Below are positions 44,335 through 56,527 of a stretch of DNA of 64,000 nt, in pieces. Numbering within the stretch: position 1 is the first letter of the stretch; each line of letters opens with the position of its first letter. Made by a program: the position numbers and the translations under genes. The notes beneath the pieces are model-generated. The model was not told where the DNA came from. It did no database searches and saw only the letters and a list, made by a program, of their open reading frames with translations. The DNA is from Rebecca billardiae RCC1528 (lineage: Eukaryota > Protista > Haptophyta), in NCBI GenBank assembly GCA_965240325.2, contig OZ251243.1, positions 744,001-808,000 of the forward strand, read 5' to 3'.

Positions 44335-45192
44335 ATGTGCACGCGCGCGCAGTTCGAGCACTCGAATGAGATCGGCGTGTTCGCCAAGCTGACGAACAAG
44401 TACTGCTTGGTCGGCGTGGGCGGCTCCGAGAATTTCTACTCGGTCTTTGAGTCTGAGCTCGGCGGCCACATCCCGGTCGTGCACACGTCGATCGCGGGCA
44501 CGCGTATCATCGGCCGAATGTGCTGCGGCAACAAGAACGGTCTGCTTGTGCCGATGACGACTACTGATCAGGAGCTGCTGCACCTGCGGAACGCCCTCCC
44601 CGAGGGCATCGTCATCCAGCGCGTGGAGGAGCGGCTATCGGCCCTCGGCAACGTCATTGCGGCGAACGATCACGTCGCGTTTGTGCACACCGACATTGAC
44701 CGTGAGACGGAGGAGATCGCCGCCGACGTGCTCGGTGCGCCCGCCGGAGCGTCCGCCCAGCGGGCGAGATGATCCCACGCTGTGCTCTCCCCCCCGCGAC
44801 GAGCGCCGCCCACCTCACGCCGCGTACCCTCACGCCCACACGCCGCGCGCGCAGGCGTTGAGGTTTTCCGGCAGACGGTCGCTGGGAACGTGCTTGTGGG
44901 GAGCTACTGCTCGGTCTCGAACCAGGGCGCGCTGGTGCACCCGAAAACGCCCATCGAGGACCAGGACGAGCTCGCGCAGCTGCTCCAGGTCCCCGTCGTC
45001 GCCGGCACCGTCAACCGCGGCTCGGACGTGATTGGCGCTGGGCTGGTGGTGAATGACTGGTGTGCCTTCTGCGGCAACGACACGACGGCGACGGAGGTGC
45101 AGGTGATCGAGTCGGTGTTTAAGCTTGGGGATGCGCAGCCATCCGCGGTGGCCGGCTCGATGCGCGACGTCCTGTTGGACCAGCTCGCATGA
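44335..45192 (+). CDS. EIF6: Eukaryotic translation initiation factor 6; exons 44335-44734, 44855-45192
   Basis: [67 protein letters not shown]. Confidence 0.98.
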
Positions 45193-46206
45193 GCGGCAGG
45201 GCCACAGAAGCTGCGGCGTTGCAGTGCAGCTTAACTCGGCCGGCTCGCACGGCTGCTAATGGGCACGGTCAACGCGTGGCCCTCGCAGGCCCGAACTGAC
45301 ACGCACACACCGCTTAGGTCGGAAGCAGTGTGTAGCCTACTGCACTCGGCATTGCTGAGCTGCGCGCGCGTCTGCTGATGCGATATATGATGAGCCGCTG
45401 ACAGACTAGCGCGACCCTGGCGGATCAGCAGGCTGGGGCCCCGCCGCCGCGCCGCAATAATCGGAATCACTGAGACGCGTAAATCGGCGGCCGATTGCGG
45501 CTCCTGGTAAAGCGCACTACTGCTCAGCCCGTAGCTCGGCCCGACGGGCCGCCGGGACTTCGATGGACCGCGAGGACAGTCTGCGTCGCAGATCTGAGAT
45601 CACGGCCGCCGCGGGCCGCCCGACCGCGCGGGGCGCGCCCGCGCCGCCCCGCTTGCGCTTGCACGCCGGGGCAACTAACTAACGACGTCGGAGAGTGGTC
45701 CGCGACGGTCCGTGCTGAGTGCTGGCAGTGCACAACCGACTCGCGCCGACTGAATCGGGCTGCGCGCCAGACACCTCTCGCCTCAGCGTCCTCCTTCCAC
45801 GGCGTAATTAATGTAGTTATGTAGTCGTCCGCGCGCTGTATTATTTAGTAGTCAGTCTACAGACGTAGTAACACTGTAACCATCAGGATCCGGTCACTGA
45901 CACTAGTATCCGATGGCTGCCGACGATTTTCATTTAGTCACTAATCACTGCTAGACACTATAACTATATGGCCTTATAGGCGCAGAGTTATACGACATGA
46001 TACTCATCGTCTGTCTCATCTGAGCACGGTGCCCCCGCGGCCCGCGGCCCGCGGCGCGGAGTCTCAGGTCTGCCGTGTCCTAGTGATGATATATGGCTAC
46101 TGCTGTTATAATTAAGCGCGCAGTACTATACCGTTATAACGTGCGTATAAAGGCTCACGGTGGCAGGATGCCGCGCCATCCTTCATCGCACGCTACGTGA
46201 CTAGAA

Positions 46207-46992
46207 TTAGTAGATGCCTGGGACGTAGAGCCAGGGCGTTGCCCGCTGGTAGGCAGCGTACGCGCTGCCGTACTTCTTCTGCATGTGCATGACGGTGGTG
46301 GGCACGACGTCACGCACAATGACGCGCGTGGCCGCAATCGGCCCGAACGGGCCGACGAGCTGCACCCACGAGCGCGGGAGCAGCACGTTGACCACGTGGT
46401 CGAGGATGAAGCCAGTGTGATTAATGAAATGCGCGTACGCGAAAAGGCCGCCGGTGTGCAGCTTGCCCAGGTTAGTCGGGTCGCGCTTGAAGATGAAGCG
46501 CTGGAGCTCAGCGCCTTGGCCCAGCACGGCTGAGAGCACGGCGAAGCCGACGACGACGCCGTCGAGCCAGTCGAGCTCCGTGGGCAGTGTCGGGCTGGGC
46601 GACCACCAGGGCTGTGGGCTGATGGCGATGAGGTGGGTGATCGCAAAGGGCAGCGTGTGCATGGCGGGGATGGCGAGGGCGACGGCCCACGAGCCGACGC
46701 CGCTCAGCATTACGATCCCACCGAGCGCCCATTTGGCGCCGTACAGCGCGCACAGCGCGAGATGGAGGCGCGCTCGTGCAGGGGACACGGGTACGGGAGC
46801 GTGGCCAAGCGCGAGGAGGAGCCGCTCCGCAGCACCGCCACTGGGGAACCAGAAGCGGCCGAGCACGACGGGAATCAGGAGATGGCAGATCGCGTACACG
46901 AAGCGCCGAGGCGTGAATGGCGTCGGAAGCACGTGCGCCACGTTGCGCTCGAACGCGTTGCCACCGCGTGTGTCGCCGGCACTGGCCGCCAT
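46207..46992 (-). CDS. DUF1295 / steroid 5-alpha-reductase-like membrane protein
   Basis: Several TM helices; AELQRFIFKRDPTNLGKLHTGGLFAYAHFINHTG..MQKKYG.AYAAYQRATP..VPGIY. Confidence 0.8.
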   Translation of the reverse strand: MAASAGDTRGGNAFERNVAHVLPTPFTPRRFVYAICHLLIPVVLGRFWFPSGGAAERLLLALGHAPVPVSPARARLHLALCALYGAKWALGGIVMLSGVGSWAVALAIPAMHTLPFAITHLIAISPQPWWSPSPTLPTELDWLDGVVVGFAVLSAVLGQGAELQRFIFKRDPTNLGKLHTGGLFAYAHFINHTGFILDHVVNVLLPRSWVQLVGPFGPIAATRVIVRDVVPTTVMHMQKKYGSAYAAYQRATPWLYVPGIY

Positions 46993-47039
46993 CGTGGGGC
47001 ACACACCAAAGGACCATATCCAACGACCACAGCAGCGAC

Positions 47040-48383
47040 ATGTCGCATCCAACCGCCCTTGTCACGACGTGCAGCACCAGCCGGATGACGGCCACCCGAA
47101 CGATCATTCGCCTAGTCGATGCGTGCAAGGCCGGCGATGTCGCGGGCGCGCGCGAGCTCGCTCTCGAACTCGGGGCGGCATCGATCGACGGCGTCGACCC
47201 GCGCTCGGGGACGACACCCCTCTACGCCGCGTGCCGCGCCGGCCGCGGTGACATTGTGCGGCTGCTTCTCGATGTGGGCGCAGACGTCGAGATGCTCACC
47301 ATCGACAGCCACACGCCGCTCCAGTTCGCCTGCCAGCTGGGGCATGCAGCAGCGACGGAGGCCCTCATTGAGCGCCGAGCGTCGGTTAACCGATGCGAGC
47401 CGCTCGCTCCTGACGAGGTGGGCTGGCCGCCGCTCGTGCTCGCCGCCGAGCGCGGACACATCGATGCAGTCGCGACGCTGCTTGCACACGACGCAGACGT
47501 CGCAGCGGCCGGGCCAGCTGGGTGCTCGGCGCTGCACCACGCGAGCGCAGGCGGGCACAGCGACGTGGTCCGCCTCCTGCTCCGCGGCCGCGCGAGCGCG
47601 CACTGCACTGACACCCACGGCCGGACCGCACTCGAGTGCGCGGTTGCGCAGAACCAGCTGCGCTGCGCACAGCTGCTCTGCGCGCACGGCGCAGAGCGCG
47701 AGCGCGGCGGGCGGACGATCAACCAGACGATGGCGTGGTGCGCTCGCACGCGGCTGTGGTCGACCAGGCTGCACCACGTCTCCCTGCTGGACGAGGCCGA
47801 GGCGATCGAGCTCCTCCGCGCTGACGGCACGGATGTGCATGCCATGCAGAGCTCTGCGCTCAGGCGCTCAGCAGCTGGTGCGGCAGGGCATCCGCCCCTG
47901 CCCACCCCGCTCCTTTTGGCTCTGGACACCCTGCAGGTAGACCCAACACACGCGGCGGCGCGGGTCGTCGCCGACGCCGCGCTGCCGTGGTCACCGCGCA
48001 CGCACCACCTCTTCAACACGAGCGCGCGAGAGCGCGCAGTTGCCCTGCTGCTGATCGGATCGCAGCTCACACATCGGCCCGCAGCCAGCACCGGCTGCGA
48101 GTCAGGCGGCGGCTTGATTGGCCCCACGCTGCTCTCGGCAGGGGAGGCAGCTGACAGTGCGGGGCCTCAGCTGCCGAGCAAGCGCTCGCACGGTCAGACC
48201 GGTGCTGCGGGTGCTGCCGTCGCCGGCATTCATGAGGCTGCTGAAACCTCGGAATCGATGTCGGCTGCCGGCCTCAGTGCCACAGGCCAGGGGTCACCGC
48301 CTTCATCGCCGCCGAAGCTGCCCAGCATTGCCATGGACATCTGGCTGGGCTGCGTGATGCCGCACGCGGTGCAGCGAAGCTAA
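47040..48383 (+). CDS. Ankyrin repeat protein
   Basis: GTTPLYAAC..G..DIVRLLL, HTPLQFAC, GWPPLVLAA, GCSALHHAS, GRTALECA. Start codon is 47040 or 47085. Confidence 0.85.
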   Translation: MSHPTALVTTCSTSRMTATRTIIRLVDACKAGDVAGARELALELGAASIDGVDPRSGTTPLYAACRAGRGDIVRLLLDVGADVEMLTIDSHTPLQFACQLGHAAATEALIERRASVNRCEPLAPDEVGWPPLVLAAERGHIDAVATLLAHDADVAAAGPAGCSALHHASAGGHSDVVRLLLRGRASAHCTDTHGRTALECAVAQNQLRCAQLLCAHGAERERGGRTINQTMAWCARTRLWSTRLHHVSLLDEAEAIELLRADGTDVHAMQSSALRRSAAGAAGHPPLPTPLLLALDTLQVDPTHAAARVVADAALPWSPRTHHLFNTSARERAVALLLIGSQLTHRPAASTGCESGGGLIGPTLLSAGEAADSAGPQLPSKRSHGQTGAAGAAVAGIHEAAETSESMSAAGLSATGQGSPPSSPPKLPSIAMDIWLGCVMPHAVQRS

Positions 48384-48574
48384 GCGGTGCTAACCGCAGT
48401 TCGGCGACGTTCCGACGTGTCGTTCCGATGACTCAGACGACAGCATGACAGCATCAGACGAATAAGTTATTTATAATATATTCATCGCGCGCGCTTGATA
48501 ATGATAACCGCCTGACGCGCCGCCGGCGCCTCCGCGAGTATAGTCGGCATAGCAGCAGCAGTAGTGTACATATA

Positions 48575-51207
48575 CACAGTGCCGGAAAACTGCTCAGGGT
48601 GACGTTTTAAGTTGTCCGCACCACTAGTCGAATCATCGGACAATTCTGAAGCGGTGCGCCTAAATTCGGCGCACCATAGGCGCGTCGAATCGTGGCACAG
48701 ACCTTGGTAGCAGGCCACACCTGAGCGCGCTGCGCGCGCCGACGCGCGCTCGGCGCGGGCAAAAAAGCATGCGCCGTTGGCATTACGCAGCCCCGCGCAG
48801 CGCTGTGCTCGAGCTCGGCGGCGGCGAAAGCGGGCGGGCGCACACGGCGGTGCCCGTGCGCGCTGCTCCGAGCGCAGCTGCGGCCACCCCGGCGGCATAC
48901 CGCCGGTCGAGGGCACGAAAACCGATTTTTCGGGAAAATGCAGAGCAGCGGCGCCCGAGCGCGCCCGAGCTCGTCGCAGCACAGTCTCCTGGTGGCTGCG
49001 CCCCGTGAAGCCACGCCACGCGGGGCGCTGGCGTGCGCGTGGCCTGCGCCCACCGTGCGCTGCCCGATCATGGCCGTCGACCGCTCCGAGCGCCTCACCA
49101 CGCGTGCTCGAGCCCACCGATACTGACGCCCGAGCACGGTGCCGGCAGCGCTCGCAGGTGGGCGTCGGAGAAAACACGCCGGCCGAACGAGCTTGAAGCG
49201 TCCGCCGCGATGCCAACGGCAGCGGACGACGTGCGCGCCACCTCGGCGCCAGTCGCCCAGCCCTTGCGCGGCGGTGCGGGCTCGCTCGTTCGCCGCCATC
49301 AGCTGCGCGCGCGCAGCCCGATCACTGCCCGCTGGTTCTGTTGTCGAGCAGCTGCGGCCTGCCACGCGCACTGCCGGACATTGAGCCACAGCGCGAGCAC
49401 GCGCCTCGTCTGGCACGCGCGAGCACTCAGCATCGTGCGTGGCCACCATGACGCGCCCATCTGCGCCAGCAGCGATGAGCACGCCGCCGTTCAGCTCGCA
49501 TCGGGCTCGCTCGCGACGCAGCAACGCGCGGCCGTAGCGGCAGCAGCGGCGCCGTCGAGCACGCGCAGCAAACAAATATGCAGCGCGGGCGAGTCGACGG
49601 TCTGGAAAATGCGCGATCACGCCACAGCAGGCTGGCAGAGCCCGCCCGAGCTGCAGCATGCCGTAGGTGCTGCCCCAAGCTCTCGACTGCCCGTAAGCGG
49701 CGGCATGTGCGGCGGCGCCGGCGGCGGCCATGCTGCCACGCCGTTGCGCGCCGCGGGGCGCCGTCGGCACCTCTGTGGTGAAGCGCACAGAGCTCGAGCC
49801 CACGGGGGCTGGCGACCGTCAAACCGACACCCCATGACGCGGGGCTGCGTGCGCCAGCTGCGCGCACTCCGTGGGCCCACCTAGCCCGCTCGAGCAGCTC
49901 GCCTTGGGTGCGCGCAGCGGCTCGAGCACACTGGTATGGGACGCCTGCCTGCGGTGCCGCCGAGCACATGCGGCCGACGGTCACTCAGCACGGGCGACTC
50001 GACGGCGGCGAGCAGGCGCGACGGCCTCGCCGCGCCGCGGAAAAGCCTGCCCGGGCTGCAGCACGCCGTAGGAGCAGCCCAGCGCCCTCCTCCGCCCTCC
50101 AGCTTCGGCGCGCGCAGCAGGCCCGGCGGCGGCCATGCTGGCGTGCCCAAGCATGAAGATGGGCGCGGCCGGCCGCGCCGTCGCAAAGCGCGCAGAACTC
50201 GAGCTCGGGGGGGCGGACGGCCGCCAAACTGGCGCGGCAGGACGTGGCACTGCGTGCGCCAGCTACGCGCACCCGCTGCGCCCGCGTGGCCCGTGCGAGC
50301 GCCGCGCCTCGAGCACACGCAGCTGCTCGACACAGCCACGGCAGTGTGGCTTGTGCGCGTGCACGTGATCAGTCTCAGCTCTGAGGCGCGCGCTCAGGAG
50401 GGCTGCGGCCGGGCCGAGCGCGATCTGCGCGGACGGTACAGCCTGGCGGCTCATGCCAGCCAGCCCAAAGCCCGCTCCGCCATCCGCGTCATGGCGCTCC
50501 AGCCTCTCGCGTGCTGCGCTGCAGCCGCGCTCGGCAAAGACGTCGCCCAGCCCGCCTTGCACGCGGCTGAGCAGTGGCAGCCAGGCGAAGCGTCGTCGCG
50601 GGCGAGGCTGCGCTGGGTGATGCGGCTCGGGTCGGTGGGCAAGTCGCACCCCGCCGTCGGTCGCCTCCACGCCTCAGGCTCGCTCGAGGTCAAAGACAAC
50701 TGCGCGGCGCGGCGTTTGCGCGGGCGGGCCGCGGGCGTGGCGGGGTGTACGCGTGCAATGTCACAGCCTCCCACACAATTTCAGGAGGGTGAGACGCACC
50801 GCCAGCGGCACCCGCACACAATCCCACCCTGCGCGAGCCACCTGCCGTGTCGACTGAAGCATCAGGCTCGGGCGCAACCGCGGGCGGTGCATGCAAGAAG
50901 CTCGCGAAACGCACCGCGCGCGCCGTGAGGGCGAAAGGAGAGCACCCGTCAGGGCGGCGAGGAACTTGCCCAGCGCCACGCGGAAGACGACCCCAGCCCG
51001 CGTCGACGCATAGTCGGGCCCGCGAGCAGCCTCGTCGGTCTTCGCCGAGTAGATCGCGCCGCGAGCCGAGGCACCGCTCGTTTGAGGCTCCGTCCGCCGC
51101 GAAGTCGCGGCTTCCACCCGAGTTCCACTGTCCGGCCGAGACCGGATTCGCTGACTCGAGCTGCGGACCGTCCGAAGCGTCACGGAAAATTCCAATCCTG
51201 CACTGTG
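48575..51207. mobile_element. Non-autonomous CACAGTG-ended DNA transposon (CMC-like), flanked by TA/TATA; internal degenerate direct repeat (~49640-49880 vs ~50045-50290)
   Basis: Imperfect TIRs CACAGTGC(C/A)GGA...GTGACG(T/C)TT...GTCCGCA at both ends. Confidence 0.65.
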
Positions 51208-51514
51208 TATATATATAGCTATATAGTCAGCCCGTCGGAGCACTGACTCGGTCGGTGACGGAGTGACGACGGTGACCAAGCCAGAAGCGGCCAACGGGCC
51301 GCCCCAACGGGCCTGCCGCAGAGTGCCACTGAGTCTGAACCGGTTCCACGCCGACGATTCAAGCATCATATATCATCGGCCAATCGGATGAGTTATACGT
51401 CGCGTATAATCGCGCCTGGCCCTGAGTGCAGCCTGAGCTGCTGCCTGCTCACGCGTCCCTTATTATATTGTAATATTCTTTGTAAACGGCACTTCTGTTA
51501 TAACTCTAAACTGT

Positions 51515-51603
51515 ATCTCGCCTGCCTGAGCTGTGTGCGTCTCTTATTCTTAGTAAACTGTGCCTGCCGGAGCTGTGTGCGTCTCTTATTCTTACTCAAC
51601 TGT
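51515..51603 (-). mobile_element. Two tandem fragments of the TA|CAGTTTACTA MITE left end
   Basis: GAGCTGTGTGCGTCTCTTATTCTTA repeated twice; reverse complement of the 12810 end. Confidence 0.65.
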
Positions 51604-51908
51604 AGACGCGCCGGCGTAGTGCGCCATGCGATACCGGACGTACGTACGTACACCGTATTCGCAGCTACGTCCAGCCGATTGTCAATCAGCCCGATCAAAG
51701 GAAAACCCGTAGGCCCGATTGTATGTCATGATGGTTTTTCCGCGGCCGCCGCCATCGCGCATTATTTCTCGGCGCCGTCGCGTCGTCGTCACGTTTTCTG
51801 GGGAAATGCTCCGGCCGGTCGTGAAACTCGGAGGCATCGTCGTGTCCACGGGCTTCTCCGCGACCCCGTGCATCGAGCCGTCGCGACGCGTGTGGCGGCG
51901 CGTCGAGC

Positions 51909-52675
51909 ATGAGCACCAATGCGGGTGCCGATCCAAAGAAGCAGAAGAAGAAGCTGATCATTGTCCTCGAGCGCGCCTGCCTCGAGACCGCCAAGGTGGG
52001 CAAGGACTACGTCCTACTTGACTGCGACAACCACAAGAACTTCCTGCTCAAGCACAAGCGCAACCCCGCAGACTACCGGCCGGACATCTTGCACCAGGCA
52101 CGGCGCACTGGCGCGCGATCCCAACGCGCACCGCCTGTGCACGAGTGCCCGCTGACTCGGACTCCCCGTCCCCGATGCGCGCCCTCCGGTTCCGGCAGTG
52201 CCTGCTCACAGTCCTAGACAGCCCATTGAACAAGGCTGGGATGCTGCAGGTGTACGTGCGCTCGCAGAAGGGCGTGCTGATCGAAATAAACCCTCAGATT
52301 CGCATCCCGCGCACATACAAGCGCTTCGCTGGGCTGATGGTGCACCTGCTCCACAAGCTCAGCGTGAGCGCGGTCGACAGCCCAGCCAAGCTGATGCGTG
52401 TGATCAAGAACCCGATCACTGACCACCTGCCGGCCGGCTGCCGCAAGATCTGCACCTCGGTCAAGGGGCGGCTCGTGTCGCTCAAGGACTACGTGCCCAC
52501 GCTGCCCATGGAGCCGCCCACGGTGATCGTTGTCGGCACGATGGCGCACGGCTCGGTGGAGGAGGCGGTCGATTGGACTGAGGAGTGCATCGCTGTCTCC
52601 GAATATCCTCTGAGCGGCGCAGCAGCACTGGGCAGGCTCTGCACCGCCTACGAGAATCATCTCAACGTGCTGTGA
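51909..52675 (+). CDS. EMG1: Nep1/Emg1 18S rRNA pseudouridine methyltransferase; exons 51909-52097, 52199-52675 (GC-AG intron)
   Basis: LIIVLERACLE..LLDCDNH..RPDILHQ|CLLTVLDSPLNKAG..RIPRTYKRFAGLMV.LLHKL..VIKNPITDHLP..YPLSG. Confidence 0.96.
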
Positions 52676-53101
52676 AGCGCGACAGGCTGGAGCTGCTGCG
52701 GTTTTCCCGCAGGTACGCGCGCTTCTCAGTGCAAGCAGTTGCCGAGGATGATGGGCACACGACCAGCCGTCCGCCTCACGCTGTCGTCGAAGAAACGCCT
52801 ACGGCTGCCGCAGCATTGGCAGGTGGAGCAGCTGTGCGGTACGTGCCACGTGGGCCGCCCCGCGCCACGTTCGCAGCAGCTGGCATTGACCGCCTATGGC
52901 GACCGATCCGGGCGGCGGACTCGGGACTGGGCCGTCGGGCCGGTCCCGATCGGCGGTGGCACCGCCGGTCCGATCGAGCCGAATAACCGATGCCGATGGC
53001 CCGATCGGGCAATATCGGCCATCGCCGCCATCATGGATGGGGCCATGAAATCATGATGAATCACCCTGCGAGTACTGCGACGCGGAGTACCCTGGTACTT
53101 A

Positions 53102-53104
<3 letters not shown>

Positions 53105-53178
<74 letters not shown>
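53105..53178. repeat. (AT)n microsatellite
   Basis: Direct observation. Confidence 0.98.
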
Positions 53179-53181
<3 letters not shown>

Positions 53182-54956
53182 GATCGGCTACGCCGATCTT
53201 CGGGTATAGTAAACAACGAAGTTGAGGGCGCACGGCCCTGGTATCTAGTTGTCGCGCGCGTTCTTCACGACTGCTGAATCACGTTGCGCGCGCGCCCCGG
53301 CCCGGCGCGTCGCCGTACACGAGGGCGACTGCGAGCACGGGTTAGACTGAGAGGGGAGCACGGCGTCGCCCGTAGCATATGCCACCTCGCCATCGTCGCA
53401 GACTCGCCGCTCGCAGATCTAAGCCTGTGGCTCGTCTCGTCGGTCAGGCAGTCAGGCATCCGTCGAGTGATGACTGCGTCAGACGACTGCGCGTTGCAGC
53501 CGCAGCCATACCGTACATACATACGCTCGATCAGCGGGACTACGCGCGAGTTGTTCATCTGCCTTCTAACGGTGCCGGCACGTGGCGCGACGATTCTGGC
53601 GTCATTATCACTTGACGACTCGACTGATCACGACGAGTGCCGTCATCGTCTGGCTATCGCGTATAGAACGACCGGCCGTGACGCGCTCTGCACCACGTAC
53701 ATTCGGACGCGGCAATGAGCAGCATGCACCACCGTCCGGCCGTCTCAGGTCGCTGTCGTCGGCAGCCAGCCGGTGCCGGGCACGGTGGCGCCGGGCGCTC
53801 GCAGCTGAAGGACCGCGATCAAGGATTGATTGCCAAGTCGTCAGCCGACGACTGGGAAGTTGAGCCTGATGCTGCCCGCTGCCGGTTCGCGGGACGAATG
53901 ACGAGCAGCCTATGGTCCGTGAACCTGCGTCAGCTCCTAGAACTCTTCCAGACGTGGTGAGGATATCCCTCACTGCGAACTCAGCCCTCTCGCGCTGACG
54001 CAGCGCGTAGACCTTGCGGCCTGCTGCGTGCCGCGAGCTATCGGACAGCGCGGCCCGCCGGCCGCGGGCCTTGGGCGGCGGGTCGACGGCTCCAGGCAGC
54101 TGCGGAGGACGCGGAGGCCGGTCGCATCCCGGCCAATGCGTGGGCATCGGCCCGGCGGTTGGGCCCGTCAGCACGTCGGCAAGCGCTCTGATGCCACTCG
54201 ACTCTCGAGACTGGCTGCCGAGCCGTGTCGCGCAACCGTGCCCGGCAAGACACGTGGGTCCGCGCCGAGCGTTCACCGGCCTCCGAACCCGCGCACGCCT
54301 ACCAGCCCAGGGCCAGGGCACGCGCCGTCGAGCTGCCCAGTCGCAAGCAGCTCGACAGCCCCGCTGTGTGCGCGCGCCCTGCCGGTCCGTCCGCTGCCCG
54401 CTCGAGGGCGAGCACGCGGCGCCTCACCTGTCGACCACGACAGCGCGCCTCGCGTGCACACTCTGACGGCGAGGCCCGGGATCTGGGCATGCGATGGCAC
54501 TACCCGCGCCTCCGCCAAGTCTCGGCCTGGCCGAGGGGTGCAACACCGGCCGAGCCCTCGGCCCGGCGCGCCGCCGCCAGCCTGAATGCGCTGAAAAGCC
54601 CCGAAGCCGTGCGCGGCAGGCCTGCGCGTGCGAGCGGCGATGGGCGTGGGCGGCGTTGCGCGGCGCGAAGTGGGCCAGGGGCATACGTCAGCCTCGACTC
54701 CGCCGCGTCGCGCGCGGCCGAGCGCGCGCTCTGCGCGCGGGGCGCGCGACGCGAGGCGGGCGCTCGCGCACACACACGGCCATCCCATCCGGGAGGCTCC
54801 GCGACGGCTCAAGCCCCGCGCCGCCTCCGCAACCCGACTCACGGCCGCAGGAGCGCCCGGCGCGAGCGGCCCGGCGAAGGTCGGGCCGCCTCCCCTCGTG
54901 AGCAACCCGAGTCTTCGTCAGCCTCTGTGAGCCGAAGCACCCTGAACCCCGTACTA

Positions 54957-54998
54957 CAGTTTACTATGATTTAACGTGCACACTTGGTTAAGGCGTGA
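54957..54998 (-). mobile_element. TA|CAGTTTACTA MITE end (uninterrupted)
   Basis: TA|CAGTTTACTATGATTTAACGTGCACACTTGGTTAAGGCGTGA. Confidence 0.65.
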
Positions 54999-55374
54999 TA
55001 TCTGATGTAGTCATTAGGTGTGTATTGCGTACCCACCTCTTTATGCTTTGCACTTGCATATGTATGTGATTAAGGCGACAATCGTCCAAAAACGGACAGA
55101 GATGAGATAGGCAGAGAGCCCAGAAGTGACGGTTCGTTAGCTCGTACCATTATGAAACTTTACCCCCTTGATAACCGTATGATACTGACCAGGGCGCGCG
55201 GGAACGTCGATTCAAGCTACCCGCGCAATACCATATCGCGTCGCTTTGATGAATCTGAGCAGTGAACAGCTATCCAGAGAATTCGTTCGATATCTCACCT
55301 TTTTATAATCAGTTCAACACACGAATCTTGACTATCAGAAAGGTATCAGAGATGACTTCGTCCTATTTGATTCC

Positions 55375-55602
55375 GATTTCTTCTATTACTTACTATCCGA
55401 GGATTAAGGAGCAGTACAAACGCAATCATGAGCAGCGAAATGGACTCAAATGCTGCCCACGGTTTCACCTAAATCCACCTACAAAAATCCCCCAAATCCT
55501 GCGCGCATCCTCTTTTTTGATTTTGCGGAGCACGTGCGCCGCCCCCCCCCCCCCGGCTTTCGCTCACGCTCAGACCTTTCGGGGGGGGGGGGCCGTGCGC
55601 CA
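55375..55602 (-). mobile_element. Second copy of the 2060-2281 repeat end
   Basis: Near-identical sequence with the same terminal boundary. Confidence 0.6.
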
Positions 55603-55604
55603 TC

Positions 55605-55608
<4 letters not shown>

Positions 55609-55659
<51 letters not shown>

Positions 55660-55701
55660 CACTACTGTACTGTCAGTACTGTGTGTGTGTGTGTGTGTGT
55701 G

Positions 55702-55731
<30 letters not shown>
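55609..55731. repeat. Interrupted (TG)n microsatellite; an oppositely oriented (CA)n lies at ~56485-56540
   Basis: Direct observation. Confidence 0.95.
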
Positions 55732-55734
<3 letters not shown>

Positions 55735-56480
55735 TCCTGCATGAAGAGCGAAGCTGTCTCCAAGTAGCATCGCCTATAGATATGCCGATGATGTATACTC
55801 GAGGTTGGGATTTGTTCCGGGCTGAACGGGATAAGAGCGACTGAGCCGCCGGTGCCACAGCGATTGCATGTGGTGGCAAGAAGAAGCACGACGGGAGGCG
55901 ATGGATCCTCTTTGTGCTTTGCTGCGCGGATGAGCAGGGGGCCCGAGGATGCCCAAGTGGCTCGGCTCGATAGCAGGTCGTAGTTACTAGAAGCGGCCAC
56001 AACGATAATGAGCTTGGGGCTGGCCGCTTGCTTGACGAATGAGAAGCTGCCTGGATGCTGATGGAGAAGCTCCCAAGAGATCAATCTCAGCACATGCTAT
56101 CTCGAGAGCCGCCAAATAAATAGACACGAGCGAGCCGTACCGTATAGAAGAGTTGGACAGGAGGCCATAAGGAGGTGCTGCCATGAGTGGTGATGAAGAA
56201 TGTAATAATAGCACATCACGATGATAGTAAAGATCTTGTCAAACATACTCCCTGGTGTTGTCTGTTGAAGGGTCGGTCGAGATGGTGGAGCAGCAATCAC
56301 TCGGAAACGTGAGCAGCCGGCACCATTGGGTACCAGCAGTCACCACCTGCAGGATCACGAACTCGCGGCAGATGATGGATTAAGCCCTTGGTCGCAAGCG
56401 GCACGCCTGCATCGCCTCCTTCTAGCCTCCGGACACACTCGGTTATAGCTGCGCTATAACGCCACATATACTAGCTTAAC

Positions 56481-56527
<47 letters not shown>

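Noticed and set aside
48575-48610. RAG/Transib RSS (CACAGTG heptamer)
   Set aside because: No 12/23-spaced nonamer pair, no 5-bp TSD and no RAG-like ORF.
53200-54950. GC-rich ORFs between the (AT)n tract and a MITE end
   Set aside because: No codon bias or motifs I could recognise.
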